Shown here: one piece after another, positions 1-10,506 of the stretch | How the letters are laid out: the number at the start of each line of letters is the position of its first letter | Position numbering within the stretch: position 1 is the stretch's first letter | IMG/VR virus record: IMGVR_UViG_3300035498_000371 | Coordinates: 32,001 to 96,000 of that record | Direction: 5' to 3' (one strand) | Source of the DNA: a virus | Taxonomy: Duplodnaviria; Caudoviricetes | Length of the DNA: 64,000 nucleotides | Notes under the pieces: model-generated | Told to the model about the DNA's origin: nothing | The model's input: the letters and a program-made list of their open reading frames with translations, nothing else | Databases searched by the model: none | Made by a program: the position numbers and the translations under genes

Positions 1-752
1 AGGACAAGGATGATATATATAAAGTTCTTAGATGGATGATTTATGAGTTTAATGCTCTACGCCAGAAAGATAATTTAGATATATCTACCAAGAAAGTAAG
101 ATATGCTGAGTATATTGCATCCCTGTATGCAACTCGTTTAGCCAATGGTATTTATAGAGTATCAGATAAAGGAGATAAGGCTGATTTATCTGATATAAGA
201 AAGGCGATTATGATACCGCCAATGTATCTTATAAATGCTATTGTTAAATGTGAGCTGGTTAACTACAAAAACTGCGTAAATGATCTTGATGCTCTTATAG
301 CATTAAAATATACTTACAAGGGAATTGCGGGAATCGGGGAAAAATCTAATGCAGTATCTGATGCATATCGATCGATTCAACCAAGCCATTTAGGAAGGGT
401 TGATATCGATAGTTCATCGAACTCAGATCCAGGAGTTTCTGGAACAATATGTCCGTATGTTGTCTTACACGATGGTCATTTTGATGAATACGTGGAGCCG
501 AGTACGTGGCGTGATGATATCACACGTCTTATAGATACTTATAAGGCTATAGATTCGAGACTTGTAATGTGTAAAATCATAGACGACCATAATCTTTCTG
601 ATAAACGAAAAGATAACAAAGTGGTGGAAGAGTGTGTATCTATTGCAAAGTCTTTATTAGATATGCCGAGATACGTTTTAGAAACTGAGCAATATATTAA
701 CGGTTTCGATATTTTTGGAGATGGCCTTATGTTCTATCTAAACGACGAATAA
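1..752 (+). CDS. rpoB: Phage multisubunit RNA polymerase beta subunit, N-terminal part (5'-truncated by the window)
   Basis: Frame is open from position 3. KYTYKGIAGIG...YRSIQPSHLGRVDIDSSSNSDPGVSG matches the beta fork-loop region (bacterial LGPGGL...[23 protein letters not shown]). Confidence 0.85.
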   Translation, partial: DKDDIYKVLRWMIYEFNALRQKDNLDISTKKVRYAEYIASLYATRLANGIYRVSDKGDKADLSDIRKAIMIPPMYLINAIVKCELVNYKNCVNDLDALIALKYTYKGIAGIGEKSNAVSDAYRSIQPSHLGRVDIDSSSNSDPGVSGTICPYVVLHDGHFDEYVEPSTWRDDITRLIDTYKAIDSRLVMCKIIDDHNLSDKRKDNKVVEECVSIAKSLLDMPRYVLETEQYINGFDIFGDGLMFYLNDE

Positions 753-772
753 TAGTTTAGGAGGAATATATT

Positions 773-1009
773 ATGGCTTCAAAAACTGTGCCATCTATGT
801 ATAATCGATACTTCATGTACTCTGCATCGGATGCTGCAAGAGCAACCAGAGTATATGGAAAGAATACAGAGTGTGGAACTGTTATTGTTAGAGGTGTACC
901 TAAACCATACACCTCTATCGTAACAGACCCATCTTCATCCGCAACAGACGCGGTCGTTGTCACCCAGGGTGATATAAGAAAAATTAAATATACTGAACCT
1001 ACAAGATGA
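773..1009 (+). CDS. Hypothetical protein (78 aa)
   Basis: RBS aggagga upstream; co-oriented in operon. Confidence 0.75.
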   Translation: MASKTVPSMYNRYFMYSASDAARATRVYGKNTECGTVIVRGVPKPYTSIVTDPSSSATDAVVVTQGDIRKIKYTEPTR

Positions 1010-1034
1010 TTATTTTTTGTAAAGGAGAACAAAA

Positions 1035-1355
1035 ATGAGCAAAGAAATGGTTAGATTAGTTCCTATAGGAAGCTGTCCTATATGTGGTCATAACCAATTC
1101 GTTGTAGCTGAATCTGAACTCAATATTTTTCTTACAAATAGAGATGGAGAGATAGTTGATTCTAGCAATTGTTCTTATAAGTGTGAAGGAATGTGTATAA
1201 ACTGCAAGACTAGGATGCCGATGTTGGCTACTCCTGAAAGGTTCATTCCTTTAACACCATTAAGGAAACTTCTTTATGAGAATATTAATCACAACGAGTT
1301 AGGTTTGTCTGTAGATGAGGATGTGGTTCCTAATCCTATGGAGGTAGCTAAATGA
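1035..1355 (+). CDS. Zn-ribbon protein
   Basis: CPICG...CINC; RBS aaggag; N-terminal KEMVRLV motif. Confidence 0.7.
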   Translation: MSKEMVRLVPIGSCPICGHNQFVVAESELNIFLTNRDGEIVDSSNCSYKCEGMCINCKTRMPMLATPERFIPLTPLRKLLYENINHNELGLSVDEDVVPNPMEVAK

Positions 1356-2011
1356 AGATAACTTCAGGCCCAATAGCTAATTTTGTAATAGCATTATTAA
1401 GTGCTATAACTGACATAAAAGAATCAGATTTTGAACAATACACCAAAGTTGATGAGGATGAGATATTACTCCTCATGAACAATGGGTGTAGAATATCAGA
1501 CGTGGAACCAATGGAAAATATGGTTTCATTGGACAATAATTACTATGTGTCCATTATCACTGGTATGATGGGTAATGATAAGAATACTTTCTTTGATTTC
1601 TATTACACGCATGATGGTAATAGAAATGTAATAAAAATCCTTGTGGTATTCTTAGATTATTTTAAAGACGTAAAGACTGAAGAAACGCCTTTAGTCGATG
1701 AAAATGGCATTACCGATATTACTGGTAACAGCAATTTCTTTTTTGCAATAAAACAGATATCGGAAATATTCTTAATGTCTTATTATAATCCTGCGACATT
1801 TACTGGAGCGTTTAATGCTACAGTTGCAGGTACAAACTTCAGGTATTTACCAAATATAATTGCGGGAATTATTCTGGCTCAATTTAAACCGCTTACAGAA
1901 GAAGATACGGAAGGGTGTGGAATGGAACATAATATGCTTACTGAAATTTTGCAAGATGAATCAATGCCTATAAACCTGATTCTATCAGGAATTAGAAGGC
2001 AAGATAGATAA
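1352..2011 (+). CDS. Hypothetical protein (219 aa)
   Basis: Long ORF, ATGA overlap with upstream gene, RBS ggagg. Confidence 0.75.
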   Translation: MKITSGPIANFVIALLSAITDIKESDFEQYTKVDEDEILLLMNNGCRISDVEPMENMVSLDNNYYVSIITGMMGNDKNTFFDFYYTHDGNRNVIKILVVFLDYFKDVKTEETPLVDENGITDITGNSNFFFAIKQISEIFLMSYYNPATFTGAFNATVAGTNFRYLPNIIAGIILAQFKPLTEEDTEGCGMEHNMLTEILQDESMPINLILSGIRRQDR

Positions 2012-2295
2012 TGCAAGATAATAAAGTAGAAATGTGTAAACTCCATACTCCATACGTATGTAAGCATTGCGGAGAAGAGCTTTTATTTTTTGTCACTAAT
2101 AGAAATACTCTGATTGATTACAAGAATCTTTTTGTTAACGGTAAAACCTCACCAGAAATATATGCGGAACTTCAAAATAAGAATATACGTTCAATGAAAT
2201 GCATTGTATGCGGAAAGTATTATCTTATTGATTGGAGCGAGCATTTCCCACAACAATTATTAGATAGAAATAGTTTGAGCAAATTTGGGGTATGA
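2011..2295 (+). CDS. Zn-ribbon protein
   Basis: CKHCG...CIVCG; TAATG coupling; N-terminal KVEMCKL motif. Confidence 0.7.
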   Translation: MQDNKVEMCKLHTPYVCKHCGEELLFFVTNRNTLIDYKNLFVNGKTSPEIYAELQNKNIRSMKCIVCGKYYLIDWSEHFPQQLLDRNSLSKFGV

Positions 2296-2370
2296 GGAAA
2301 CTCATACCCTATAAATTTTGCGATAATATAAAGCCGTTCACATTATTATAAAGAAAGGCGGTGCTATAAA

Positions 2371-5067
2371 ATGAAATATCTTTCTGTAGAACTTATAGGT
2401 TACGGTGGAATATATAATGGTTTAGGGCTAAACCAGATAAAAATAGATTTTACAAGATGCGTTCATAATAAAGTAATTATTAGAGGAAAAAATGGTTCTG
2501 GAAAATCTACTTTAATGAATGCCATAAATCCAAATCCAGATGGTAATGAATGTTTTATGCCTGGAGTTGAGGCTAGAAAAACATTGGTTTTATTCTGCAA
2601 TGGGATAATTTATACGATAAGATATATTCATCCAATAACTGGAAACGGCTCTAGAGCAACGACTAAGGGTTATATATCTAAGACTATAGATGGGCAAATG
2701 GTTGAATTAAATCCTAATGGAAATATTTCCTCATGCAAAGATATTCTTTACGATGAATTCTCTTTGGATTCGAATTATGTATCCTTATCCAAATTATCGT
2801 CAGAGAATAGAGGATTGGTTGATAGCAAACCAGCAGAGAGAAAGAAACTTTTAAATGGTATTATAAATATCTTAGACGTTTATAATGGAATATATAAGAA
2901 TCTTTCTAAGAAATCTAGCGCTTATAAACAGATCATCAATTCTTTAGTATATAAAATTGATAGTATTGGAGATGAAAATATGGTCACTGGAGCGCTAGCT
3001 AATCTTGAGGCTAGAATAGATGAATTAGAGTCAGATAAGTCTAAAGCAATAGAAGCATCAGCAGCGATCAAAGTAAAGATTGCTGATTATGAAGCTATAT
3101 TGAAAGAGAATAATTACGATTCAATTTTATCTGAATTAAGAGCTCTCGATAAAGATATAAAATCGCTGGATAATAATATTCAGAAACAATTGCAGGCTTA
3201 TGGTATAACTGATATATCTAAAGTTGATGATTTCTTAAATTATATCAACACCCAGATTACAAGTATTCAGCATGAGGTTGATTTATATAAGCAGATAATA
3301 CCTGAAAAATTGGCAGAGAGGGAAGCTGAATCTAAAGATCTTCAAAATAAAAGAGAAAAACTTAATTCATTGCAAAGCGAATATAATTATTTAGATATAA
3401 AGAAAGCGATGGAGAATGCAAGAGCGATCGTAAACGAGTACGATGCGGTCTTTGAGAGAATGGGTTTAACTCATATAGACCTTATTACAAGAGATGAGTA
3501 TGATTCCGCTATGGAATCATTAAATTATCTTCTAATGTCATCTAATGCGTTAACTTCAATGTACCAGATTGATGATATAAAATATGTAATTTATCATCAG
3601 CAAGAAATTACACTACAATCTTCTGATATTAAATCCCTTAAAGATCAACTGGATCGGTATAAGAATGAAAGATCAGAATTAGATAAACAAATTGCTATAT
3701 TCCAATCAAAGAGGGAAGTTGCTAATGAGTTAAATAATCGCCCATCTGGATGTAAGATTGATGATTGTCCTTACATAAAGAGCGCCGTAGATGCAAATAA
3801 TCAATATCCTGAAAGCGAATTGCAAATAATGTCTGCTAGATTGGAAGTCCTTAATTCTTCTATAGCAGATATTACTGCTAAGATAGATAAATATGAGACT
3901 TACTCTGCTATATTTACTCATATTAATTCTATCATAAGAGAGTTGAACTCTAAAATGAAATTTATTTCTAAGTTTCCTCTAAGAAAGGATTTTAAAGAAA
4001 CTTTTCTATATAGATTAGCAGAATTAGATCCATTTGATGATATAAGAGAATGCTACAAATACGTTGAGTATAGTAATATTTTAGACGAATATAAGATTGC
4101 CAAAGAACAACTTCATACATATGAAGTTGAGCATAAATTGTATGAGTCTAAGAATAGTATTATAGAATCATTAATTGATTCTATAAATGATATATCCAGG
4201 AAGACAGATGAATTAGCCCAACAGATTGAGCATTTAAATTCTCAAATATCTGAGAAGGAAATGAATTTAGAGGAATTGAAAACTCTTAAATCTAAAGTAG
4301 AATCTTTATCTATCAGCATCAATCAATCCTATAAACCATCGGTGGAAAGGCAGAATGAGTTATTGATATTGAAGAAATCACTAGACTCAAATACATCAGC
4401 GTTAGATGAACTTCATGCTAATCTTTCTATTGCCGATAATAATATTGGTTCTATATCTAGTGATATTAAGAATTTATCTTTAGAGAGAGATAAGCTTAGA
4501 CACAATTTATCACTGCTTGCTGACTATAAGCAAGAATATGCTGATTACAATAATAAATATTCTAAGATGGAGAAGATTAGATATTATTCATCCCCATCAA
4601 CTGGGATACAAACCTTATTCATGCAGTTATATATGAATAAGATTATCACTACAGCCAATGATCTTCTCTCTTTATTATTTGATGGAGAATTTATATTGCA
4701 GCCATTCATAATCAATGAAGCGGAGTTTAAGATTCCATGCGTTGGAAATGGTTTAATGCATGATGATATAAGCAGTATGTCTACAGCTCAAAAATCTATG
4801 ATATCAATGATATTATCGTTCTCTCTATTAAGACAATCATCAACTAAATATAATATTGTATTTGTAGATGAGATAGATGGCGGTCTTGATACGGGCAATA
4901 GGGCGTACTTTATTACATTACTGGATAGGCTTATGATGATGCTTCAATGTGAACAATGCTTTATCGTTAGTCATAATTCCGAATTAGATACTTCTATGGC
5001 TGATTTGATAGTGCTAAAAACAGATCCTGGAGAAACATATGGCGGTAACGTGATTTGGCATTATTGA
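2371..5067 (+). CDS. sbcC: SbcC/Rad50-like SMC ATPase
   Basis: Walker A GKNGSGKST, long coiled coils with central CKIDDCPY hook, signature MSTAQ, Walker B/D-loop FVDEIDGGLD, H-loop VSH. Confidence 0.92.
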   Translation: MKYLSVELIGYGGIYNGLGLNQIKIDFTRCVHNKVIIRGKNGSGKSTLMNAINPNPDGNECFMPGVEARKTLVLFCNGIIYTIRYIHPITGNGSRATTKGYISKTIDGQMVELNPNGNISSCKDILYDEFSLDSNYVSLSKLSSENRGLVDSKPAERKKLLNGIINILDVYNGIYKNLSKKSSAYKQIINSLVYKIDSIGDENMVTGALANLEARIDELESDKSKAIEASAAIKVKIADYEAILKENNYDSILSELRALDKDIKSLDNNIQKQLQAYGITDISKVDDFLNYINTQITSIQHEVDLYKQIIPEKLAEREAESKDLQNKREKLNSLQSEYNYLDIKKAMENARAIVNEYDAVFERMGLTHIDLITRDEYDSAMESLNYLLMSSNALTSMYQIDDIKYVIYHQQEITLQSSDIKSLKDQLDRYKNERSELDKQIAIFQSKREVANELNNRPSGCKIDDCPYIKSAVDANNQYPESELQIMSARLEVLNSSIADITAKIDKYETYSAIFTHINSIIRELNSKMKFISKFPLRKDFKETFLYRLAELDPFDDIRECYKYVEYSNILDEYKIAKEQLHTYEVEHKLYESKNSIIESLIDSINDISRKTDELAQQIEHLNSQISEKEMNLEELKTLKSKVESLSISINQSYKPSVERQNELLILKKSLDSNTSALDELHANLSIADNNIGSISSDIKNLSLERDKLRHNLSLLADYKQEYADYNNKYSKMEKIRYYSSPSTGIQTLFMQLYMNKIITTANDLLSLLFDGEFILQPFIINEAEFKIPCVGNGLMHDDISSMSTAQKSMISMILSFSLLRQSSTKYNIVFVDEIDGGLDTGNRAYFITLLDRLMMMLQCEQCFIVSHNSELDTSMADLIVLKTDPGETYGGNVIWHY

Positions 5068-5068
5068 A

Positions 5069-5080
5069 AACAATCTAGTA
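5069..5080 (+). promoter_or_regulatory. Late-type promoter AACA-N6-TA
   Basis: AACAatctagTA upstream of 5119; one of 14 copies upstream of transcription units. Confidence 0.6.
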
Positions 5081-5118
5081 AATAGCTGTATAATATTATT
5101 CTAAGGAGGTACAAATAA

Positions 5119-5841
5119 ATGGCTAGTATTTGTGGTAAGAGCAATCAGGAAAGATTTTACCCATTCTTTAAATTCTTGCATACAATAAAAGATGCATTAG
5201 ATTGGGATTACATCTTAAAGAACTATGAAGTCGAGGAGGTTATTCTCGAAGAATTCATCAATCAGATTGATATCTCTACAGCTTGTCAATATTGTAAACT
5301 GTCAGAGGAATTCATTAACAAGTATGCTGATACAGTAGATTGGGATAAGATTTCTGCATTCCAGTCTCTTAGCGAAGATTTCATTAATAGAAATATTAAG
5401 AAACTCAATCTTCAGAAGATCGCTAATGATAACAATACTTTATCAGAAACATTCATTTACAACCATGCAGATGAATTAAACTGGGATCAGGTTGTTAGTT
5501 GCCAGAAATTATCCAGCTCAATCTTATATGATTTCAGAGATAAGATAGATTGGAAGTCAGCGTTCTGTTTACAGCAAATGGCTCCAAGTTTCATTACAAC
5601 TATCAGAGATGCTGGAGTGTTAATGAACTGGGATGCAATTGCTATCCATCAGAGACTCAATGAGCAGTTTATTAAAGATAATCTCAATAAGCTTAATATT
5701 GAGCTCGTATTAAAATTTCAGACTTTGTCCGAATCATTTAAGGCAGAACTTCAGAGTATGCTTGACCAGCAGAAAGAAGAAAATGCAGAAACAGAGGAGT
5801 CTGAAAAAGATTCTTCATCTGAAGAAGACGGAGAAAATTAA
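5119..5841 (+). CDS. Tryptophan-repeat protein
   Basis: About 8 imperfect ~22-aa repeats LSE.FI....D.(L/V)DW..I...Q; acidic tail. Confidence 0.75.
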   Translation: MASICGKSNQERFYPFFKFLHTIKDALDWDYILKNYEVEEVILEEFINQIDISTACQYCKLSEEFINKYADTVDWDKISAFQSLSEDFINRNIKKLNLQKIANDNNTLSETFIYNHADELNWDQVVSCQKLSSSILYDFRDKIDWKSAFCLQQMAPSFITTIRDAGVLMNWDAIAIHQRLNEQFIKDNLNKLNIELVLKFQTLSESFKAELQSMLDQQKEENAETEESEKDSSSEEDGEN

Positions 5842-5874
5842 ATCATAATAAATCATTTTTAGAGGAGGTACAGC

Positions 5875-6828
5875 ATGAAGACTGTATTATTATTTACTCA
5901 TAGTGATCTGGACGGAATCGGATGTGATATTGTAGCACGAAAATATTTTTCCAATTATCCAGATAAGTATACACTTAAAACGTTTTTCTGCGATTATTCA
6001 AACGTAGATGAAATTGTTCTTGATACAATTTCAAGTATCGAAACAACCCCCGATATTATTTATATCACAGACATTTCTGTTACTGATAAAACAGCAGAGA
6101 TTCTTGATAAGTATGCCAAAGATAATAATATCGTTCTTAAGCTGCTTGATCATCATCCTACAGCATTAAGACTTAATACTTATGAGTGGGCCGATGTAGT
6201 AATCAATATTACTCCTAATAAGAAAGCTTGCGGAACATTCTTGTTATTTAAGGAGTTATATATTGATCCTTCATATGCAAGCAAAACAATGCTTGAGTTT
6301 GTAGAGCTAGTAAGACTTTATGATACATATGAGTTTGAGACCAATACTGTATATGGAGATAGACCTAAGAGGTTGAATTATCTGTTCCAGAATATGCTCA
6401 GGGATAAGTTCATTGTCGATATTATCGATTATTATCTCGATGATTCTGTTTACAATGTATTTCCTGAATTTACAGAATGCGATAAAGAGATAGTTGATAG
6501 AGCAATTCAGAGAGAAGAAGATGCGTATGAATCAGCTAAGAAGTCTTTAACTGTTAGATATTTTAGTTCACATAATAGTGGGTGGTATTTTGGTAATGCT
6601 TACGTATCTGCTGTGTGCAACAGATTGTGCAAAGAGAATCCTGATTTAGATTTTGTTTGCTGCATAAACACTAATCGATTAACGTTCGAGTTCAGAACAA
6701 TAAGAGATGATTTAGACCTTGGTAAAGAGATTGCACCATTATTTGGTGGTGGAGGCCATCCTAAAGCTGCCGGAGCACAGATCAACCAGGATCAGGTTAA
6801 GCACATGATTAATGCATTAATAAACTAA
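5875..6828 (+). CDS. DHH/DHHA1 family phosphoesterase (NrnA/NrnB-like)
   Basis: THSDLDG, ITD, LDHH and GGGGHPKAAG motifs. Confidence 0.9.
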   Translation: MKTVLLFTHSDLDGIGCDIVARKYFSNYPDKYTLKTFFCDYSNVDEIVLDTISSIETTPDIIYITDISVTDKTAEILDKYAKDNNIVLKLLDHHPTALRLNTYEWADVVINITPNKKACGTFLLFKELYIDPSYASKTMLEFVELVRLYDTYEFETNTVYGDRPKRLNYLFQNMLRDKFIVDIIDYYLDDSVYNVFPEFTECDKEIVDRAIQREEDAYESAKKSLTVRYFSSHNSGWYFGNAYVSAVCNRLCKENPDLDFVCCINTNRLTFEFRTIRDDLDLGKEIAPLFGGGGHPKAAGAQINQDQVKHMINALIN

Positions 6829-6836
6829 ATAATATT

Positions 6837-6860
6837 GGAGGTACCATTATAGGTACCTCC
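6837..6860 (+). terminator. Intrinsic terminator
   Basis: ggaggtacc-attata-ggtacctcc followed by a T-rich run. Confidence 0.7.
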
Positions 6861-6892
6861 ATAAATTTTGTAATTTTGTTTTTTAATAATCA

Positions 6893-6900
6893 TATATTAT
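6893..6900 (+). promoter_or_regulatory. Early-type promoter motif TATATTAT
   Basis: Same octamer precedes genes at 25184, 32257, 39188, 53738, 56946 and 59720; resembles the phiKZ early motif TATATTAC. AT-rich, so chance matches are possible. Confidence 0.45.
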
Positions 6901-6964
6901 ACCTCTGATAAATAGATCCTAAGAGATTAAATAAAAATATTTTTCATATCGGAGGTAAAGTACT

Positions 6965-7213
6965 ATGAAAAGAGCATTATTAAGTTACATTGATCCTTAT
7001 GATCATCGCCGCAGCGATGCTATTGATCGTTATGAATGGGGAATGTCTAGCGATAAACAACTTGATGAAGAGTTGCTCATGGTTGACCTTATTCAGAAAT
7101 ATGGTATCTATCCATATAGCGATCGAGAATTACAGCATTTTGCTGAGCGTGGTGATATGGTGCAGCCACTTAGAAATATGTGCACAATAGTGCAGAAAGG
7201 AGCTGTAGCATAG
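6965..7213 (+). CDS. Hypothetical protein (82 aa)
   Basis: RBS ggagg; C-terminal RNMCTIV motif. Confidence 0.75.
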   Translation: MKRALLSYIDPYDHRRSDAIDRYEWGMSSDKQLDEELLMVDLIQKYGIYPYSDRELQHFAERGDMVQPLRNMCTIVQKGAVA

Positions 7214-7216
7214 AGT

Positions 7217-7396
7217 ATGTATCAATGTAATGCACTGTTAGAAACTAGAAATACGCCAGTTAGTTATTTTACAGAGAGCGTACATGAAGTATTGAGAGAA
7301 CAGTTTAAGATTGTTAGTAATCGTTCATCTGCATACATAGAAGATCAGATTGAACAGATTAGATCAATCAAATGGGATAATGATGAATGGAATTAA
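7217..7396 (+). CDS. Small hypothetical protein (59 aa, below the ORF-track cutoff)
   Basis: MYQCNALLETRNTP...IKWDNDEWN fills the gap between the 7213 stop and the terminator. Confidence 0.5.
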   Translation: MYQCNALLETRNTPVSYFTESVHEVLREQFKIVSNRSSAYIEDQIEQIRSIKWDNDEWN

Positions 7397-7401
7397 ACAT
7401 A

Positions 7402-7437
7402 AAGTAGCCCGGACTCGTAGTTGAGTCCGGGTTGCTT
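7402..7437. terminator. Bidirectional terminator between convergent genes
   Basis: aagtagcccggactc-gtagtt-gagtccgggttgctt. Confidence 0.75.
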
Positions 7438-7452
7438 ATTCATCATTATTTT

Positions 7453-8391
7453 TTAATATTCTGACATATCTCCTGCGCCAGCGTTAAGCACTATAAGAGG
7501 ATATACTGCATTTCTGTTTGAGTCTTTAGCGAAACCGCCTCTTACGTTTATATCTAATTCATAGATATAGGTATCACTTGGTTTTTCTACGTTAGGAACT
7601 GGCTGACGAGTATTCTTATCTACTACTTCAAACCATCTATTTCCCGTAGCCGCATCATACATAACTACAGTTTCGATTAGTCCTTTAGCATCAAGAACCA
7701 TGCGGTTTTCTGCTGGTGATAGGCTCTGTTCCCATGCTGCCTGGTCATTCATTCCGCCTATAGGAGCTCTATTAAGAGATGATCCATTTTGTATAATCAT
7801 ATCCTGCATTGATGGTCCAAGCATTGCAGGTCCAACACCAACAGGCGTGTTGATAAATGCGTCATACATACTTGCAATTCTTGTGTTATCATCTTCTTCA
7901 TTGGCTCTAGATTTGAGCTCTTTCATTCTTGTAATCTCAAGATGATTAATATCATTGATTGTTTTGTTCTTTTCTTTAATAGCAGAGATTTTAGAGTTGA
8001 TAATTGTACCAACTGTCTCTGTCATATCATTGATATAACCATATTTGTTACGAAGAGTTTTAGATGCTCTAACCTGTTGGAGATCATTCATGATTTCTCC
8101 ACCTAAAATATTGAGCTGTTGAATAGCCTCATCAAGCTGCTGATTTGTTTCCTGATATGCTGTAGCATAAGGAATATTCTCCTGAATATATGACATGCTT
8201 GTTTGGGGTACCAATGGTGCTGCTGAAACAATAGCAGGTGTTTCTTTTTTTGCTCTCTTTTTTGCCGTCTCTGCAGGAATTTGTTCGGTTACAACAACCA
8301 TTTGGGTTCCAGTGAGGGTATGGTCTTTACATTCTTCGGAACCGTTAATAAAAGATTTGATGTTGAATGACACATCTTGTTTCTTTGCCAT
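7453..8391 (-). CDS. Hypothetical protein (312 aa, coiled-coil)
   Basis: Long ORF, RBS aaggagg, AACA-N6-TA at 8422..8433 (-). Confidence 0.8.
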   Translation of the reverse strand: MAKKQDVSFNIKSFINGSEECKDHTLTGTQMVVVTEQIPAETAKKRAKKETPAIVSAAPLVPQTSMSYIQENIPYATAYQETNQQLDEAIQQLNILGGEIMNDLQQVRASKTLRNKYGYINDMTETVGTIINSKISAIKEKNKTINDINHLEITRMKELKSRANEEDDNTRIASMYDAFINTPVGVGPAMLGPSMQDMIIQNGSSLNRAPIGGMNDQAAWEQSLSPAENRMVLDAKGLIETVVMYDAATGNRWFEVVDKNTRQPVPNVEKPSDTYIYELDINVRGGFAKDSNRNAVYPLIVLNAGAGDMSEY

Positions 8392-8571
8392 AGCGTAATT
8401 GCCTCCTTCATTAATATACTTTATTTTGCTGTTTCAAAAAATGAAAATCTGTTAATTTATAACCTTCAATTATTATTGAAGGTTTAATCGAATGTTTTAT
8501 TTATGTAAAGTCTCTGGGACATAATTGTAATGAAGAATAAGCAAAAATAAACGTAAATGGAGGCGATACGC

Positions 8572-10488
8572 ATGTTTAGGATCAAAGGTTACGAACCAGG
8601 GGCAAATATAACGGTTCTTAATACGATTTATCATAAGAGCAGAAAAGATCCAGAGACTGGAAAATATGGGAAAGATTCCATAGATATTATTTTTAAAGAT
8701 TTGGATACAGGGCAGAAAAAGATTGAGCATATAGTTGAACCGACGTATACTTATTATATAGCTAATGATGACGTTCAGATTCCATATAATCAATTATTTA
8801 CATCTAAAGATAACGTTCATCCAGTCATATGTAAATATCGAGATCTTCTGAAGGATATAGCAGAGAAGACAAATAATACAGAATTCTTTTATGATAATAT
8901 AAAGAATGGTAATTATAGAGAGAATAATAAGCTTCTTACAATTCCAAAAATATTTGGTGCTGATACTCATATAGAAGATTTTTATAGAGCAGAATTCGAT
9001 AGAACTTATAAGAATGATCCATATGTTCCAAGTAAATTGTATTTCGATATAGAGGTTGATGGTAAAAATATGAGAGGAGATTTTCCTCAGCCTGGAGAAT
9101 GTCCTATAAATGCAGTAACATTGGTAGATGATTTAAATAAGCAGGTTTATACACTATTGCTAAATAATCCTGATAATCCTCTTATAGCAGAATTTGCAGC
9201 ACAACCAAATCTTACAGCAAAACTAAAAGATTTTGTTAGGAAAAGTGTTGGCGGATGGAAACAAGAGAAGAGATTTGGATTAGATGTATTTGAATACCAT
9301 ATTTTGTTTTATGATGAAGAAATCAAATTAATCTACGATATGTTTAAGTATATCAATATGGTTAAGCCAGATTTTGCATTAGCGTGGAATATAGCATTCG
9401 ACTTACCATATATTATTGAACGTATTAGAGTATTAGGATATGATCCATTAGATATTATTTGTCATCCAGACTTCAAAGAGAAAGAGTGTTATTATTATAT
9501 AGATAAGAGAGCTCAGAAGTTTGAAGAAAGAGGAGATTATGCAGCAATATGTGCATATACAATTTATCTTGATCAGTTGATTACATTTGCATCTCGTCGT
9601 AAAGGACAGAAGAAAGGAGCAATCACAAGTTATAAGCTTGATTTTGTTGGTTCGGTTATTGCAAAGGTTAGAAAGCTCGATTATTCTCATATAACTCATA
9701 GTGTTATTGAATTACCATATCTTAATTATGAAGTCTTTGCGTTCTATAACGTAATGGATACAATAGTTCAGTTATGTATTGAACGTAAGGTTGGTGATAT
9801 TGATTTTGTATTCAATAAAGCATTAACGGTTAATACTAGATTTTCTAAAGTTCATAGGCAGACGACTTATTTAGTTAATCGTGGTATAAAAGATTTCTAT
9901 GATATGGGTTATGTGATGGGTAATAATATCAATAAATCTAACGAAAAAGAAGGTTTTGCAGGAGCATTCGTAGCAGATCCTACTTTAGTTAGTGATAAAC
10001 CTAAGGTTAAAATAAATGGTAGAGCAATTAATATTTGTGATAACCTAGACGATTTCGATTATAAAGCACTTTATCCGTCCATTATTGACGAATCAAATAT
10101 GGCACCAAATACTCAGCATGGTAAAATATTGTTGCCTGAAAAGTTGGACGCTAAGGAGAATAGATTCAATAACGAATACTTTGATAGGAGCGTTTGGTTT
10201 GTTGAAGATTTGGTATGCCACAATAGATTGGATTTCTGTCAAAGATATTTGCATCTTGCAGGTTATGAAGAAATGTATGATGATATAATCAAATACTTCT
10301 CAACGATAGAAAATCCTGCGGGAAGATTTAGATATTCTGATCCTATAAGTGGTAAGAGATATATGTACCATATTATCAACAATCAGCAAAATAGGATTAT
10401 GTGCAGAATATCTCAAGATGGAGAAAAGAGAAGAATGTGTTTTAAGGTAGATAAAATGCCTAATGGTATATTACCTAACGTGATGTAA
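8572..10488 (+). CDS. polB: Family B DNA polymerase, N-terminal subunit (3'-5' exonuclease and motif A)
   Basis: ExoI FDIE, ExoII WNIAFDLPYI, ExoIII YNVMD, motif A DFDYKALYPSII; motifs B and C absent. Start moved to the ATG after ggagg. Confidence 0.9.
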   Translation: MFRIKGYEPGANITVLNTIYHKSRKDPETGKYGKDSIDIIFKDLDTGQKKIEHIVEPTYTYYIANDDVQIPYNQLFTSKDNVHPVICKYRDLLKDIAEKTNNTEFFYDNIKNGNYRENNKLLTIPKIFGADTHIEDFYRAEFDRTYKNDPYVPSKLYFDIEVDGKNMRGDFPQPGECPINAVTLVDDLNKQVYTLLLNNPDNPLIAEFAAQPNLTAKLKDFVRKSVGGWKQEKRFGLDVFEYHILFYDEEIKLIYDMFKYINMVKPDFALAWNIAFDLPYIIERIRVLGYDPLDIICHPDFKEKECYYYIDKRAQKFEERGDYAAICAYTIYLDQLITFASRRKGQKKGAITSYKLDFVGSVIAKVRKLDYSHITHSVIELPYLNYEVFAFYNVMDTIVQLCIERKVGDIDFVFNKALTVNTRFSKVHRQTTYLVNRGIKDFYDMGYVMGNNINKSNEKEGFAGAFVADPTLVSDKPKVKINGRAINICDNLDDFDYKALYPSIIDESNMAPNTQHGKILLPEKLDAKENRFNNEYFDRSVWFVEDLVCHNRLDFCQRYLHLAGYEEMYDDIIKYFSTIENPAGRFRYSDPISGKRYMYHIINNQQNRIMCRISQDGEKRRMCFKVDKMPNGILPNVM

Positions 10489-10506
10489 TTGGAGGTGTAT
10501 TATATT

